The notes under the pieces are model-generated. The model was given only the letters and a program-made list of their open reading frames with translations, was not told where the DNA came from and did not search any database. Positions 1 through 13,494 of a DNA stretch of 64,000 nucleotides are shown piece by piece. The position numbers and the translations under genes were made by a program. This DNA is from Podospora anserina. Taxonomy: Eukaryota. The DNA lies in contig CM030334.1 of the NCBI GenBank assembly GCA_017654855.1, forward strand, positions 3,596,001-3,660,000, read 5' to 3'. The first letter of the stretch is position 1. The number at the start of each line of letters is the position of its first letter.

Positions 1-982
1 GGCCGGCGATGGCACTGGATCAGAGGCTTCATCGTCAGCCGGCACTTGCAGCGCTTCCTGTCAGCTCTCTTCCACTAGGACTTGGCCACGCAAGAGAAGC
101 AAGCCCAAGACCTTCAAAGCCACACGGAAGACACAGACATCCGGGCGGCTGCTACGAATATATACTACATTGACAAGGTGCTAACAAAGTGCCATAGGTA
201 TTGGTGCAGCCAAGCGAGGGGTAGTTGTTAGTGAAACGCCGCATCGAGGCGGGAGAGAGATGGCTTGTTCCCAGCAGTCTGGGACCAGTGAGATTCTCAT
301 CCATGTCCCCCAAAACACCATCTCAGGATAGCTTGCCACCACACAGACGAACCCATGATGCGTTCGCAACAACATCAATTGCCAGCTGCAAACACGAGCA
401 GGACCTCTTTCAGCATTGATCCTTGATATAAACCAATTTCCTTTGGTTTTTCTTGGTGGCATCGCAGCTTTCCTAGCCTAGCGCCGAGAGGTTGCGGTCA
501 AAACGTCGAGACGTTTCAAAGACCTCACCTTGGACCCCCCGGCCCTTGCAAGCACCCCCTGTCCCCCCTACCATTCGGATGTCTCGAGATGCGCTGCAGG
601 TGGATGCGTGCGAGTGCACCTTCAGACGATCCTTCACTTTCCCGCCGGGACCATATTCATGCTTTAAATCACGGCACGTCCCAGACCTCCTGGCCTGGCC
701 TTCTCTTTTTTCCTCTTCATCTGTCCATAGTCTTCAGTTCAGGTGTCGTCCTGTTTTCTTAATCTTTTTCCTCTCTCTTCTCTTCTTCGCCGTCAACCAT
801 TCTTTTGACCCTTTACCAACTACCAGGCTAGACCTGTAATATTCACACAGCGCCAGTCGCTTTATTATCAGAAAACAACTTAACAAACACTCTCTTTTTC
901 GACGAGCCGGACACTCGCTTCAAACCTCCCCTTTTTATTTTATCACCAAACAACACAAAACCACATACACATATACCTCAAA

Positions 983-1702
983 ATGCAGTTCAAGACACTT
1001 GCCCTTGCCGCTCTCGCGAGCTTGGCCTCCGCTCAAAGAACCTGGGTTGTCACCGTTGCGCAGAACGGCAGCCTCACCTTTTCCCCCGACAACATCAAGG
1101 CCGCCCCAGGCGAGTTTGTCCAGTTCCAGTTCCTCGCTGGCAACCACACCGTCACTCAGTCCACCTTCGACAAGCCATGCCAGCCCATCGCCATGCACAG
1201 CAACGCTACCGGCTTCCACTCCGGCTTCCAGCCCGTGGCCGCCTCTGCCTCGATGGGCATGATCCCCACCTACACCATCCAGATCAACAACACCAACCCC
1301 CTCTGGCTCTACTGCGCTCAGGGCCGTCACTGCGAGAACGGCATGTCCATGGTCATTAACGAGCCGTACGTTTTTTTCCCCTCTACCTCTTCAGACTGAA
1401 GATATGACAAACTAACACATCAAAACAGAGCAACCAACCCCAACCGCACCCTCGCCAACTACAAGGCCCTTGCCGCCCAGGCTCAGACCATTCTCCCCGG
1501 CGGCAGCGCCTCGGGCGGCCAGACCGGCAGCACCGACTCCCCCACCACTCCCCCCACCGGCACCACCCCCGATGGCGAGACCGCCCCCGGCACCGAGACC
1601 TCCGAGAGCGCCTCCCCAAGCGTCACGGCCGGTGCTGGCATGCTCGCCGCGCCAGGAGCCTTTGTGCTCTTTGCCGCCGGTGCCGTTGCCATGCTTCTTT
1701 AA
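983..1702 (+). CDS. Secreted, probably GPI-anchored cupredoxin-domain Ser/Thr-rich protein (intron 1366-1428)
   Basis: Signal peptide MQFKTLALAALASLASA. Motifs LTFSPDNIKA, NHTVTQSTF and YCAQGRHCENGM (Cu ligands H,C,H,M). Splicing joins an S/T/P linker and a hydrophobic C-tail ending MLL*. Confidence 0.88.
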
Positions 1703-2277
1703 TGTCCATTTTTACCACCTGGGTATTAGAGTGATGTCTTTTTCAATTTCAAAAAGCAGGAGGAGGAATTTAATATTTTTTGGGACTTGTTTCAAAGGGA
1801 TAAACAGGAGGCTACCTATCTAGCCCTCGGGTTTTGGGGCTGGGTGAGTGGGGATGATGATACCAAAGAGAGAAAGAGCCTGGTGAATGGAGTCGTTTTA
1901 TGTTGTTCAATTCTAGGGGGAGATATCTTGGTGTACATAATTCTTTGTTGTGGTTGCATGATATCGCCCCGGTGTTCTTTTTTGTTTTTTTGACTTGGGG
2001 CTTTTTGCAAAAGGAAACCAATGTGTTTTTCTATTGCATTTTTTAGCTGTATCAAAAATTTATATGTGGTGTTGTTTATGGTAACCTTTTCGTTCAAGAA
2101 TATATGCCAAGTGTGGTGATCATGAAAAATGCAACGTAATATGGCTTGAAGCTTTGTATGACAAATTTGACTAGACAGAAAAGTCCACGTATATGATACA
2201 TCCATAATTTTCCCTTCCCCAAAAAAGCCCGGAAAAACAAAACTCGCTTCTTGACTATACCTATATAGCTAATAACC

Positions 2278-3207
2278 CTATTCATCCTTCTGCCCCGGAA
2301 TTTTCCTCACCTTCCTCCCCTTCGCTGCCGCCTCACACAACGGCCTCCTCGGCTCCGTCCCCGGCCACCCCTTGGGCATCTTGACATAGCCGACCTTTCT
2401 GTACTTGTCGCTCTTTGCGAAAAAATCAACCCAGTGCTTCAGCCCGTCGTGCACCTTTTTCAACGCCTCCTCCCTCTCCTTCTTTTTCATCTCCTTGAGC
2501 TCCGCGCGGGAGAAGTGCTTGTCTACGGCTGGGTCGTCCAGGGGGAGGTACATCTCTTCCACCCCCCTCATGTCGGGGGAGCGGTCTTCGGCAAAGCAAC
2601 CCGTGACGTAGGCGCGGGCGGCGTCGCAGCCGGCAAAGTAATGGTAGGAGCCGCCGGGGCCGTAGGTCCGGCGGTTGGAGGAGACGTCGTAGATTGTCCA
2701 GTTGATTGCTAGGTAGATGGGGAGGTCGGGGTTGGTGCCGTCGTAGAGGGAGAGTTCAGCTGGGGTGAGGTAGATCGGTCCTTGCTGCGGGGGGATGTTA
2801 GTGACGGAAAGGGGGCGGGTCGAAAGGGGGCGGGGGAAACGCACGAAGAGCTCCTTGTAGTAGGCTTTGGTTAGGTACTTTGGGGGGTTGGACATGCCCC
2901 AGAAGAAGGTCTCGCCGTTGGAGACGAGGTAGCTCAACCCGCAGGAGGCGAGGAAGAGGAAAGAGATGACACGGAGGGCGTCGAGAGCGATATTGGCGGT
3001 GTCGTACTCGTCGACATCATCTTTGGACTTTTTCTTCTTGGACTTTGGCTTCTTTACGGGTTGGGATGTTTTCTTGCTGGTGGATTCTGATTCTGAGGAG
3101 GAGAGCGTCTGAACTCGTTTGAGGGGGAGCTGTTGTTCGGTTTCTGAGGCAGAGGAGTCTTTGGCCTCGGGCTTGCGCCGCCGGACTGCGGGTTCGGGGG
3201 AGGCCAT
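2278..3207 (-). CDS. Cytochrome b5-like heme/steroid-binding membrane protein, MAPR family (intron 2785-2844)
   Basis: One TM helix, then LSLYDG...PIYLAINWTIYDVSSNRRTYGPGGSYHYFAGCDAARAYVTGCF. Confidence 0.9.
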   Translation of the reverse strand: MASPEPAVRRRKPEAKDSSASETEQQLPLKRVQTLSSSESESTSKKTSQPVKKPKSKKKKSKDDVDEYDTANIALDALRVISFLFLASCGLSYLVSNGETFFWGMSNPPKYLTKAYYKELFVRFPRPLSTRPLSVTNIPPQQGPIYLTPAELSLYDGTNPDLPIYLAINWTIYDVSSNRRTYGPGGSYHYFAGCDAARAYVTGCFAEDRSPDMRGVEEMYLPLDDPAVDKHFSRAELKEMKKKEREEALKKVHDGLKHWVDFFAKSDKYRKVGYVKMPKGWPGTEPRRPLCEAAAKGRKVRKIPGQKDE

Positions 3208-4096
3208 CAGGAGGGTTTACAAGAGGGATTCAGGAGAGCTTGGGACAAGTAGATTCAATTGGGGTGTTTAACGGTGGACAAACGGATATTGTACTCCGTA
3301 CAGCAAGAGGTGGTATGTAGGAAGAGAAGTCCGGTATGGCCAGATCTCCAACGTTGTTTTTAACCGGCCATGCGAGGCTGAGAAGTGGGATGCGACGGAG
3401 GGATGGGAACTGACGGTCCGCGATTGCTGTAATCAATGAGTGACCATTAAACCCCCCCCCCCACTGTGCTTCTGCTTCGGTGAGCCGTTCCGCAATCTCG
3501 GATTGGAGCGAGGCTGCAGATGACCGAGAGCCCCGCTTTGGACCGCGAAGCTAGCTCACGCGTCGCCCATAGCAACTCCCCACAGTACGATATGCCGGGC
3601 TGTGGTTGGTCAAAATGGCCTGAAGAAAGCACTGGGCAGGTCAGTGGTAAATACAGGAACCCTGTAAAATTAATAACGCTCTGGTCTGTCTCTCCCTCAG
3701 TGGGACGATTTCCAGATTATCAATCCCAAGATTGCGATCACGACTTTTATGACTGACCACCACCTGCCATTGCATTCACCCTTTTTTGTCGCACATTTTT
3801 CATGGTGCAGGTCTAGCACACTTTTACACACAACCACAACCGTATCCTACCCATTGTATTTTGGGCACGACACGAGCTTTTATCTTGATCCGAACCCTGA
3901 TAACAAACGAGAGTGAGGGTATAAATAGACTTCGACGCACGGGGAGAAGCCACCACCCCCTCCACAAGACAAAAAGACAAGACAACACCCTGTCGTCATT
4001 CGGCAAACCACCTACCAACTGCGCAAACCCAACATCAGTCCTTTACAGAATCGCTTTGCATGACACCACAATAACATATACCTTCAACACTCGACC

Positions 4097-6216
4097 ATGT
4101 CTATGCCGTCGAGTCCTGCCGGTGGCGGCACCACCACCACAACACCCCTCCAGCCCATGTCGCATAACCAACAACGCGAGCGCGATCCCGCTCTCCTCTC
4201 GCCCACCCAGACTAGAGGTCGCGGCCTGACCCTCGGAGCTTCCACGGACAATGCGCGCGACAGCTCGGTTCACGAAAAGATTAACCAGTTCAACTCGCTC
4301 GCCGTGCAATCAAAACAACTCGAGCGCAAGACCGCCGATGCCGCCCTCAAGCGCGCCATGCTTGGCCGGGAGGAGGCCGAGAGCGAAATGCGCCGCTACC
4401 GTGACGAGTGTAGAATGCTCAGGAGGGCGGTAGAGGAAGGGAGAGAACGGGAACGAAAAGTGGGCGAGAGACTGGAGACAGTAATGGTATGTTTACGGTC
4501 CTTTTCCGGTAGCTAATCCGGGCGCCAAGCAGACAAAGACTAATGCGGGAATAAACAAAACAGGAGAGCTATGGACGCGCAAAGGAGACACACGAACACA
4601 CCAAAGAACTCTGGGAGAAGGAGATCCGTCGCGCCCGAAAGGAGACCTTCAAGACCCAGAGTGCCTTTGTCAAGCTTCAGGAAGAGCTCAAGAATTCTCG
4701 GAACGCCCACAGGTCGACCGAAGAGGAGCTTCATCGCGAAAAGCAGCTATGCTCTGAACGGGCACAGGACGCTTTTACCGCCAAATACCAGCTTGTAGCT
4801 CTTCAGAACCAACTTGAGCAGGCTCTCGAAAAGATCAAGACACTTGAGCAGGAACGTGACTCGCTCAAAACGATGGTCGAACAAGAGAAGCAGCTCCGGC
4901 TAGTGGCCGAGGAGGGCAAACGCCCCGCATCCGACGACGAGAGAATTACGCCACGCAAGCGACCACGGACATCCTCCATCAGCTCATCATCGTCCGATGT
5001 ACCCGACTTTGAGGAGATTACCCGGAAATGGGAGTGGGAGAAGCAGCGCGCCGACAGGGCAGTGCAGCAAGTGCAGTTCCTCGAGACCGAGTGCCGGTTG
5101 AGGGTCTGCGCCGCGGCCAAAGCCTTTCGTCGAAGCAGTTCAAGCCGAGGGAGCACAAGCACTAGTCGTCGATCCAGCCCCCGACGCAAACGACCCAGTC
5201 TCTTGAGAATCGCAGATGCTGCCGACGCTGTCATCATTGGAGGCAACGCCGAGCCGTCTCCTGATCTCGCCTCACCAAAGCGTTCCAAGACCGACATGCT
5301 CAGGGAGGAGCTGGGCTCTCGGAATGACAGGTTCTTTACACCGGTTGAGCAACCTGTACGTTATTCTCGCACGCCGAGCGTTGACCCGCCAGATTTCGCG
5401 ATGCTTGATAAGGACAGGACATCGCTACTGTCGTTGCTCGACGCCCCCCATAGAGAGGAGAGCCCAGCGTTGACGTTTAGCATTCCCACCGTTCCAGCAC
5501 CCGCCCCAGCCGCAACAGTAAAGCAGGTTGTTCGGCAAGAAGAACCGGAATCGGATGTCGAGGTTCATAGATCGGTCCCGCATCCTGTGCCAGAGCCTGT
5601 TGTTCCCGTCCATCAGGAACCGTCCCCCCGTTCTGCCGCGCCTTCGACCGACCCTTTGCCATCTGTCAAGACCCTCAGCAACGAGCTACCAGCCCCTGCT
5701 CCGCGTCCTCACACCTCGAATTCGTTTCATCGGTTCCGGGAAGCCGCCGCCAAAGCCGCGCTTACTGTTGTGACAACCACGACAAAGGTGCCACTCAAAG
5801 ACGAGAACAAGGACCCGAACCTCGCTTCCAAGATCATGAAGATGCAAAAAGAACAGCAATACCAAACTCCCAACCGAGGGAATATCTCAGCCGGGAGTGA
5901 AAACGAGTGGGACAAGCCAAGCTTTGACGTGACGAACCCGGCGCTGACGCCGACCATGACGAGGGAGGAAGCTCTAGAGCAGATAAGAGATCGGAGAGTC
6001 CGGGCTAGGAGTGTCGGGCGTCCTGGTGGTGCTGCTGGATCTCAGGGAACCCTGTCGAGGAAGGTGTCGACTGAGACGATGAAGAGTGGCAGCGGGCCAA
6101 GGGGGAGGGAGCAGGAGAGGAGGGATGTTAGCGTGCAGAGCGCGCCAACTGTGATGACGGGAAATAGGGAGCCCAGCAGGGGGGCGGTTGTGGGGGGGAG
6201 AAGGGTGAGGAATTGA
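4097..6216 (+). CDS. Fungal coiled-coil hypothetical protein (intron 4487-4563)
   Basis: The 139-aa and 447-aa ORFs join through GTATGT..CTAAT..CAG. E/K/R-rich heptad N-half and P/S-rich C-half. Confidence 0.8.
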
Positions 6217-6340
6217 AGTACGATGATAAATGATTGGAAAGTGGCAAGGGAGAGGAGGAGGAGGAGTCAGGATATGACATGATATCCCTTACTGTTTGAC
6301 TTTTTTTTGTCGGCTTCGGATTTGTATACACCCCTCTCAG

Positions 6341-6378
6341 CACACACACACACACACACACACACCCACATACACACA
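6341..6378. repeat. (CA)n microsatellite
   Basis: Imperfect CACACA run downstream of the coiled-coil gene. Confidence 0.9.
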
Positions 6379-7076
6379 ACACCCGGTTTGCGGGTTTTTT
6401 CGGTTCAGGTTTACAGCAGCATCATCATCACATGGAAAAAGGAAAGGGGTGGGGGGGGTAACACAGGACATTTTTGCATTTCTTCAGGAGTTGCGAGGTT
6501 GTCTCTTTTTTTGTCTTCTCCGGGTCTGGATGCCAATGGATGGAAACTGCAAAATCATGATTACAACTCTGAAACTGGACAAAAACTGGGGAAACTTTTC
6601 TTACTTGGCGCTCTGGTGTTTCTTTTTTACTGGACGGACGGACGGCTGGCACAAACTTCTATAATACCCCTAACCATTTTGTGTTTTTTCTTTTTTTTCT
6701 GTTTGGCTCTTGAAACCATTTTCAAGGAACGCATGGGGTTGGGTGGGAAAGTCTGGCCAAGCGTTTTGCGTTCAGGGGTTGCTGGTTGGGTACTGTCGAC
6801 GATATCGGGGTGGTGGTGGTGCTGGCTTGACAGGCTTCACTGGTTGTTTAATTGACATTTTACATTGTTCTCATCACAAATTGCTTCGAATGCTGTACTC
6901 GACGGTTGGTGATGTATCACTACTTATTTCTTCTTGTCATGAAATGCCATGTAATTAGAATCTGATCATGTCAAAAATCATCAAACTGTCATTGTCATCA
7001 CCATCATCACCCCAATCCAATCATCGTTTAGACCAAACATCAGTCCATCATTGCGATACTCTCGGTCTACTCCTCC

Positions 7077-8663
7077 TCAGCTTCCCTTTGGCCCATTTCC
7101 AACTTGTGCGGATAAAAAAGACACAGACCGACCCGTGGCATTTCCACTCTCCCCAAGGGAATGACCAGCAACCGACATGGCCCTCGACTTCCTCCTGCCA
7201 CCTCTGGCAACCCTATGCTGGTCCTTTGTAGCAGACAGCTCCCTCTGCTCCATCATCGCGGCGGTGATCTCTCTGGCACTAACAAAGTACCCCGAAGATA
7301 ATATCGCCGTGTCCCTCACCTGCTCGGTCGTTACAGCTGGCCAGACCACAAAAACATCCAGAAAATATGTGGCTTCGACCGGTGAATGAAGAGGAGGAGA
7401 AGACGTCCCGCTCGATGCTGCTCCCTTGTGGATCCCTTTCAAAGCAGTCTTGTTGCTGCCATTGGCGTGTGATTTTGAAGGAGATGTCTCGAGCGAGCAT
7501 GAAGACTTGGCGCTGAGCGGCAGCCAAAACTTCTTGTTGTTCAAATCGTCGTCCTCTGGGTCCGTCTCAAATTCCACTCGTCGTTCAAGCCTCTGGATGT
7601 ACTCCCACTCCTTGCAAGCCTTGGCACAGTATGTCTTCAACTCGGAAACAAATGGCTGACGTTTGGCCTCCAGCACAAGGCTTTCGAAGCAACTTGCGAC
7701 GGATCTAACCACGGAATCGGTGCATTCGGTGCTGATGGAATCAGTGATGTTCCTGTACTCGGCAAGTGTCCGGAAGAGTACTGAGCGCAGGTGAGCCTCG
7801 ACCTCTTCGTTTTCTTCGGCCAGATGGTCGAGGAATTCATTTAGCTCGGAGGATTTGTGTAGGAGATAGATGGGCTGGAAGATGGCATTGCGCAACTCAT
7901 ATCCAAGAATGGCGAGGAAAGTGGCTATTCGCATGTGTTTGGCGGTTGCGGAGTTGGAGACGGGGAGAGGGAAGATCCGATCAGTGCGGCTCAGAGCAGG
8001 GTGGCTCTTGATCGTGGTCCAGTTGACACCATTCAGGGGCAGGTCATCACAAAAGTATGTCTCGGCCAGTTTGACGGCGGAGTTGCGGATGGAGTCCATG
8101 ATACTGCAACTTCACCCTTCCGAGTTAGCAATCATATCATAGTCAACTTGAACAAGAGTGAGGAGGACATACATGTGCTTGATATTTTCCGTAATGGGAA
8201 CCAGCCTGGCTGAAAATGTTGATAATCTCTCAAGCTTGGCTGTCTCCTCACTCAGCACCTGCTTCACGGAGTCAATCTGCCGCTGCATCTTCCCCCTTTC
8301 GTCGCCCAGCTGCGTCTCATTGTCGGCGAGCTTCTTCTTGGCCTCGAGGTATTGGCACTCAAGAGTTTGCTTCTGCTTCAAGGCATCCTGGAGCTTTTTG
8401 GAAGCATCATCACCTTGCTTCCTAGCTGCGTCTAAACTTGTCTTGAGTCTCACAATCTGGCTGAGTGTATGGGTGTTGTCACGTTCGAGATCGCTGTATT
8501 CCTTCCGGAGTTTTTTGTTCTCGGCGCCAATGGAGGCAACTTGCTTGACGACCGGATGGGATGCCAACGTAGTAAACAAATTCTCAATGTCGTCCAAAGA
8601 AGGCGGAGTTGTTGAAGCGGTGGTGTTGGAGGAGGAGAGAGTTGCCAGTTTCCCGGTGGACAT
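7077..8663 (-). CDS. Hypothetical protein with N-terminal coiled coil (intron about 8104-8172)
   Basis: The 183-aa and 340-aa ORFs join in frame through GTATGT..GCTAAC..CAG. Contains the block FPLPVSNSATAKHMRIATFLAIL...IFQPIYL. Confidence 0.8.
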
Positions 8664-9626
8664 GCTGGTCAGAGTCAGCTAATATTGTGGGGTTTAATCA
8701 GGTGGTTGATTAAGGGGCAAGGCACGTTGGAGAGTATGACACCATGTGGGACTGAAATTTTGCCTGTTCGAATGTTGGGAAGGAGGCATTATGGCGGACA
8801 ACCACCTTCTTTTTAACTTGCTCGACAGTTTCATCATCTGCATCATTGCTTGTCAAATCTCTGGCTGATTCTCTCACACCAACATCCTGTGCCACCCATC
8901 TCCTCTCGTGGCCAATAATGGCACGATGGGCCTCAGTGCGTTGATTGTCCAGCACCTTCCCACATGAAGCTCAGCCTTCCATTTCAAAGTGAAGCTTGTG
9001 GTCAGACCCCAAATCTTCATCAGGATTCTCACAGAAAAAACACTTTGATCATGATATGCGATGAGCCAGTGAGGCGAGCAGGTCATCACCTCCCCCCAAG
9101 TTGAATGCAAGCCATAAATCATGTCCGGGCCCGCCACCAATCAATGTTCGGTACTGTCTCCGGATAGACAGCCAATTGCCGGTGTCTTTCCGGAGCAAAC
9201 GGGCTGATAGCATTTGATCCATATGCCTCTTTCCATCGGGTTGATGCCGTGGCATGGAAACTTGAAAGTTTGACAATGGAATTGTGATAGAAGAGCCAAT
9301 GCTATTTTTATCTGCTGAGATGGCCAGTCATGACGAAATGCCGTTTTATGTTGAGTCGCAAACCAAAGCCTCACTCTGCGGTTCTCCGTGGTCAGGTGGG
9401 TTTGATGAGATGGCTTCACATGTAGGTTCTTTTGGAACAAACGGATCCAAGTGACCTTGGCCCTGATCTTGATAGCTGTCAGATTGTGATATCTATGTAC
9501 CTAGAGCTATCAAACTCAATATGCTGTGCAACCATGCAACCATTACTCCGTTTGATAAAGACTACCTGCGGCCCTTATACAACGCATATCTCCACGCCCA
9601 ACCTCAACAACTACAACACAAGGACA

Positions 9627-9713
9627 GCGCGATTAGTTCAGTGGTTAGAATACTCGCTTCCCATCTCGCTCTTGGACAAGCGAGGGACCCGAGTTCGAAT
9701 CTCGGATCGCGCA
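9627..9713 (+). tRNA. tRNA-Gly(CCC) with 15-nt intron (9664-9678)
   Basis: Acceptor GCGCGAT/ATCGCGC, D loop AGTGGTTA, anticodon stem CTCGC/GCGAG around TT-CCC-A, T loop GTTCGAATC, downstream T5 terminator. Confidence 0.93.
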
Positions 9714-10771
9714 GCTGATACTGTTTCGCTTCTTTTTGGTTAGCTTTGGTGCTAACATGGCAGGCGTGGTCAACTTCTTTATGGCAGAAGGAGCGGAGGT
9801 GAGTCGGGAAGGGGCGGTGGACCCCTCGGCCCGAACTGGGTACAGTTCAATGGATTCATCTGAGGTTACCTGGTCGAGGACTACCAAAGAGTGGAGGTAT
9901 GAGAGTGATGCTCAACTGGAAACAACGGTTGATGGGCATGTGTTTTGAAAACGGATTAGGTACTTCAGGGTTGGGACTTGTGTTAGTTAGATACCTACCC
10001 AGTTCAAGACTCGCGAGGAGAGGTAAATGTGACTCCACTGCTAACTCGGTGACAACATTGTAACGGGTCTATTTGTCTTGTTAAATTGTTTAGACCATAG
10101 ACTTGCTTATGTTGAGCGGTTGGAGTAGTTGTGGTCTCTGAGAAAGACGCTGATTTCTGCGTGCCCTATCCATATTCACAAACTTGACGTCCTGAGGCGA
10201 AGTAACGACTTGAAAGTCACACATGTTGAGGTGAAGCAGCATGGCATTGCCGTTTAACACACGAGGCTGAATGAAGCCTTCATCGAACGAGTTATATGAG
10301 CATCGGTGGTATTAGAAACTTGATGCCACTCGCCATCTCATTGGCTGTAGTACTAATTGCTATCACAGAACAGAGGTCTCCAATCTCGCGGCAGCCGATG
10401 CACGTCAGACTTTTCCACAACCGACACAGCAGCTGTGCCTCCCATCTGTCTTGCGGAAAAGGAAGCTCCATGGTGATGCGGCCCGAGCTCCTTTTTGTGA
10501 AACGTCACGAGTGCGGAAGAGACGAAGGGCACGAGCCACCCTGCGCCGCGAGCCACGCATCCGGCAACAGAAGCGGAAGCTTCCCGAGCGAGAAAAAGAG
10601 AAACGGGAACGCTTTCGAAGCACACCCCTGTCATCATCCTGCTGACATTTAAGGCTTCAATATTTCCAACTGCTGAGCCTCCTCTGACAAACTGATGTAA
10701 CCAGCCTGTATTTGATCATGGTGCTGAGAAGGCGCCTTTACTGTGTCTATTTTTCTTTCCTTTCGAATGCA

Positions 10772-10805
10772 ATGAATGAATGAATGGATGGATGAATGAA
10801 TGAAT
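10772..10805. repeat. (TGAA/TGGA)n tetranucleotide microsatellite
   Basis: atgaatgaatgaatggatggatgaatgaatgaat upstream of the BTB gene. Confidence 0.85.
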
Positions 10806-10894
10806 GCGCCGCCAATCGATGAACTCCGCCGTGTTACCATCGTCTGTTTACCCCGAAACCACTGAGAGCTAGGAACCGGATCTCACTCGGCTCC

Positions 10895-12580
10895 ATGGCC
10901 AGACCGGCCGGCGACCAGCTGAACGCTCACGCAGCACCAGCAACAAATGGCCATATGGGCATCTCGCAGCCATCCTCCTCTCAACCGCTTTCCACCACCC
11001 AGCTTATCAGCCACATTCCCAAAATCCTCCCTCACGAGCGCGTCTTCCCCATACAGATAGGGTCTGAGCTCTTCAAACTATCGGGTGCATCGCTATCATC
11101 CGATGGTATGTATATCATCTGAGTGGGTGGAGGGAATGAGCACAAACTGACTGACATGAACAGCGCCGTCGTACTTTTCCCAATACTTTCTGTGTCAGCT
11201 AAAACAGGCCGAAGAAAATGGAGAAGACATTTCCAACGCCATCCGGACCTTGTCCATCGATCGTGACCCAGACACGTTTAAAGACATTGCTCTACACCTT
11301 CAGGGGTATCATGTGAAACCGCGAGATGCAACGCACTTTGTGCGATTGTTTGCCGATGCACAGTTTTACAGACGTGAGACAACGCTTCTATTGCTACTTG
11401 CTGCAAGGCCGAAGACATGTTGGGCTAACGCTGTGTCTTGCTAGTCCCCAAGTTGATGTCCCAGTTGTACGAGGAGAGCATCTTTACTACTATTGGAGAG
11501 CGCCAGTTTGAAATACCGCGAGAGCTATTCAATGACCCAGGGAACTCACCCAACTTTTTCTCGCTGGGCTTTGCTGTCTTCTTTTCCTCACCAGACGAGC
11601 TCTTTCCTGGCTTGGACAGAGAAGGGCTTCTTCGGCCACCATCGATTGTGCCCCCTGCGATCCCAACACGTAACGGGGATATTTTTGCCGAGCTACTAAA
11701 CCTTCTCCGAGGATATCCGGTCAATATTCGCGATGAAGGCCATCGCGCAGAGCTACTCCGAGATTGCCGGTATTTCAACTTCAAAGGGCTCGAGCAGCGT
11801 CTGATCCCGCATCAGATATCCTACAACCTGTCACGTAGACGACACGAAATTGTTCTTCGGCTCAGGGACATACTCAAAAGCGGCATCACGGTAGCTTCCG
11901 AGCCCACCGCACTCGATCCAGCCGCCGGATGGGTCAACTACGCCCGCCCGTTCGTCGACGAGAAATCTTATGAGCTAGTGCTCGAGATTGGCGATGAGAG
12001 CACCAGGCTACAGTTTGGACCGAATGGATCGATCCGAGCCGAGTTCTTTGGGGAAGTCAAGACTCGCGTGGCGAAACTTTTCGAGGTCATCTCTACCAAG
12101 CTCAACTTACCGCCCACAACACAGCCCCTCGGGTTGCTAATGACACAAGGGGGTGCGAGCAGCCAACCAGCTACGCCGGGGAATACACCGCTTAGCGAGG
12201 ATTTGGTAAGGGTTGTGATGGATCCCGAGGCAAGCGTCACGCTGGACGGAAGAGCCTGGAGCTTGGAAGAGGCGGGGAATAGCTCGGTGCCGTCATCGGC
12301 TGGGGGACTGGATGGTGTGAGTGGCGGTGGTGAACAGAACTCGCCCTCGGCGTTACTGCTGTCTGTTCCGGCCTCACAGCCGTTTTCGAGGAAGAGGAGG
12401 AGGGTGGATATGAATGGCGGACTGGAGGAATGGATTGTGCGGACTGGGCAGTGGCGGCTGAGGATTCAAGGGGTCAAGAATGGGAAGGCGGCGGTAGAGT
12501 GTTGTTTGGTGGCGGTCAAGCTGGATGCTATGAGCTCGGAGCATGCTAGGAATCTGCAGAGGTCCTTTTTGGGAGGGTGA
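10895..12580 (+). CDS. BTB/POZ (K-channel tetramerisation-type) domain protein (introns about 11106-11163 and 11374-11444)
   Basis: IQIGSELFKLSGASLSSD/APSYF...IDRDPDTFKDIALHLQGY...LFADAQFY, plus a second repeat RNGDIFAELLNLLRGY...LLRDCRYF. Confidence 0.87.
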
Positions 12581-13494
12581 CTTTGGATATGCTGGGAATG
12601 ATACCTTGAGTTGTTGGATATGAGGGTGTTTGTATGTCGTTGTCATGTTGGAATTCATGGCATGGGATTATTGTGTTTATCCTATTACAAACTCTCTGTT
12701 TTTTTATTAATCAGCAAGCATATTACTTTATGACAACAGGCTGTGACAGTTCAGTGAGGCAACGAATGGATGAGTGTTGCACTGGCACTGACTGGTGATT
12801 CCATGTTCCAGTGGGTCTCTTGGCCATCAGATGTTGCTGGCAAAATATGGATCCCTCCCAAATTGAGATTGGCCTATCAATCTGGACCATGTAACCGTCA
12901 GGAGGCCCGCTCTTTCACTGTCCAGCCATCTCTTCCATGTCCCTTGGGGTGAGGCTTGCTGTGATGTATGCTGTATAGGACATATATGTATGTAGGTCGG
13001 GTGTCTGTAAGGTACAGACATAAACTGGTTGGGTATCTGTAGGGAGTGAAGCAAGTCGGGGCTCAGACGGCGAGACTGCCGGCATCCCGGACCCAGCCAG
13101 CCGGGCAGCAGACCGGACTGGGATTGGACAGACACGACGCTCGGGCCAAGGAGTGATCACAACCAGCGGTGTTTTGGGGGGTGCTTTCTGCGGTGTGCTC
13201 AGTGCACGGCAGTGACTGGCTGATAAAGCACGGGCAAGGAGAGGAAGCGCGCTTGCCTGCTTCGGGGAACGCTTCTGTCAACAATCAAATTTCCCCACCA
13301 CTGTCACCCAAGTTCAACCTTCAGGCTTCCGAAGAACGACCAACCTTCAAATTTCCACTTCTCCAGCCAAACCCGCCTGTTGTTGTTGTTGTCTTGTGAC
13401 CCAGCTGCTGTCTTTGGTTTTGCTGACAGGCTATATTCATATTGCACCTCTCTCTTTTTTTTGCAGCAAAGAGTACTTCTGCTACCAAGTCAAG

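Noticed and set aside
1..900. Short ORFs at the window start
   Set aside because: No motifs or coding bias. Consistent with the promoter and 5' UTR of the cupredoxin gene.
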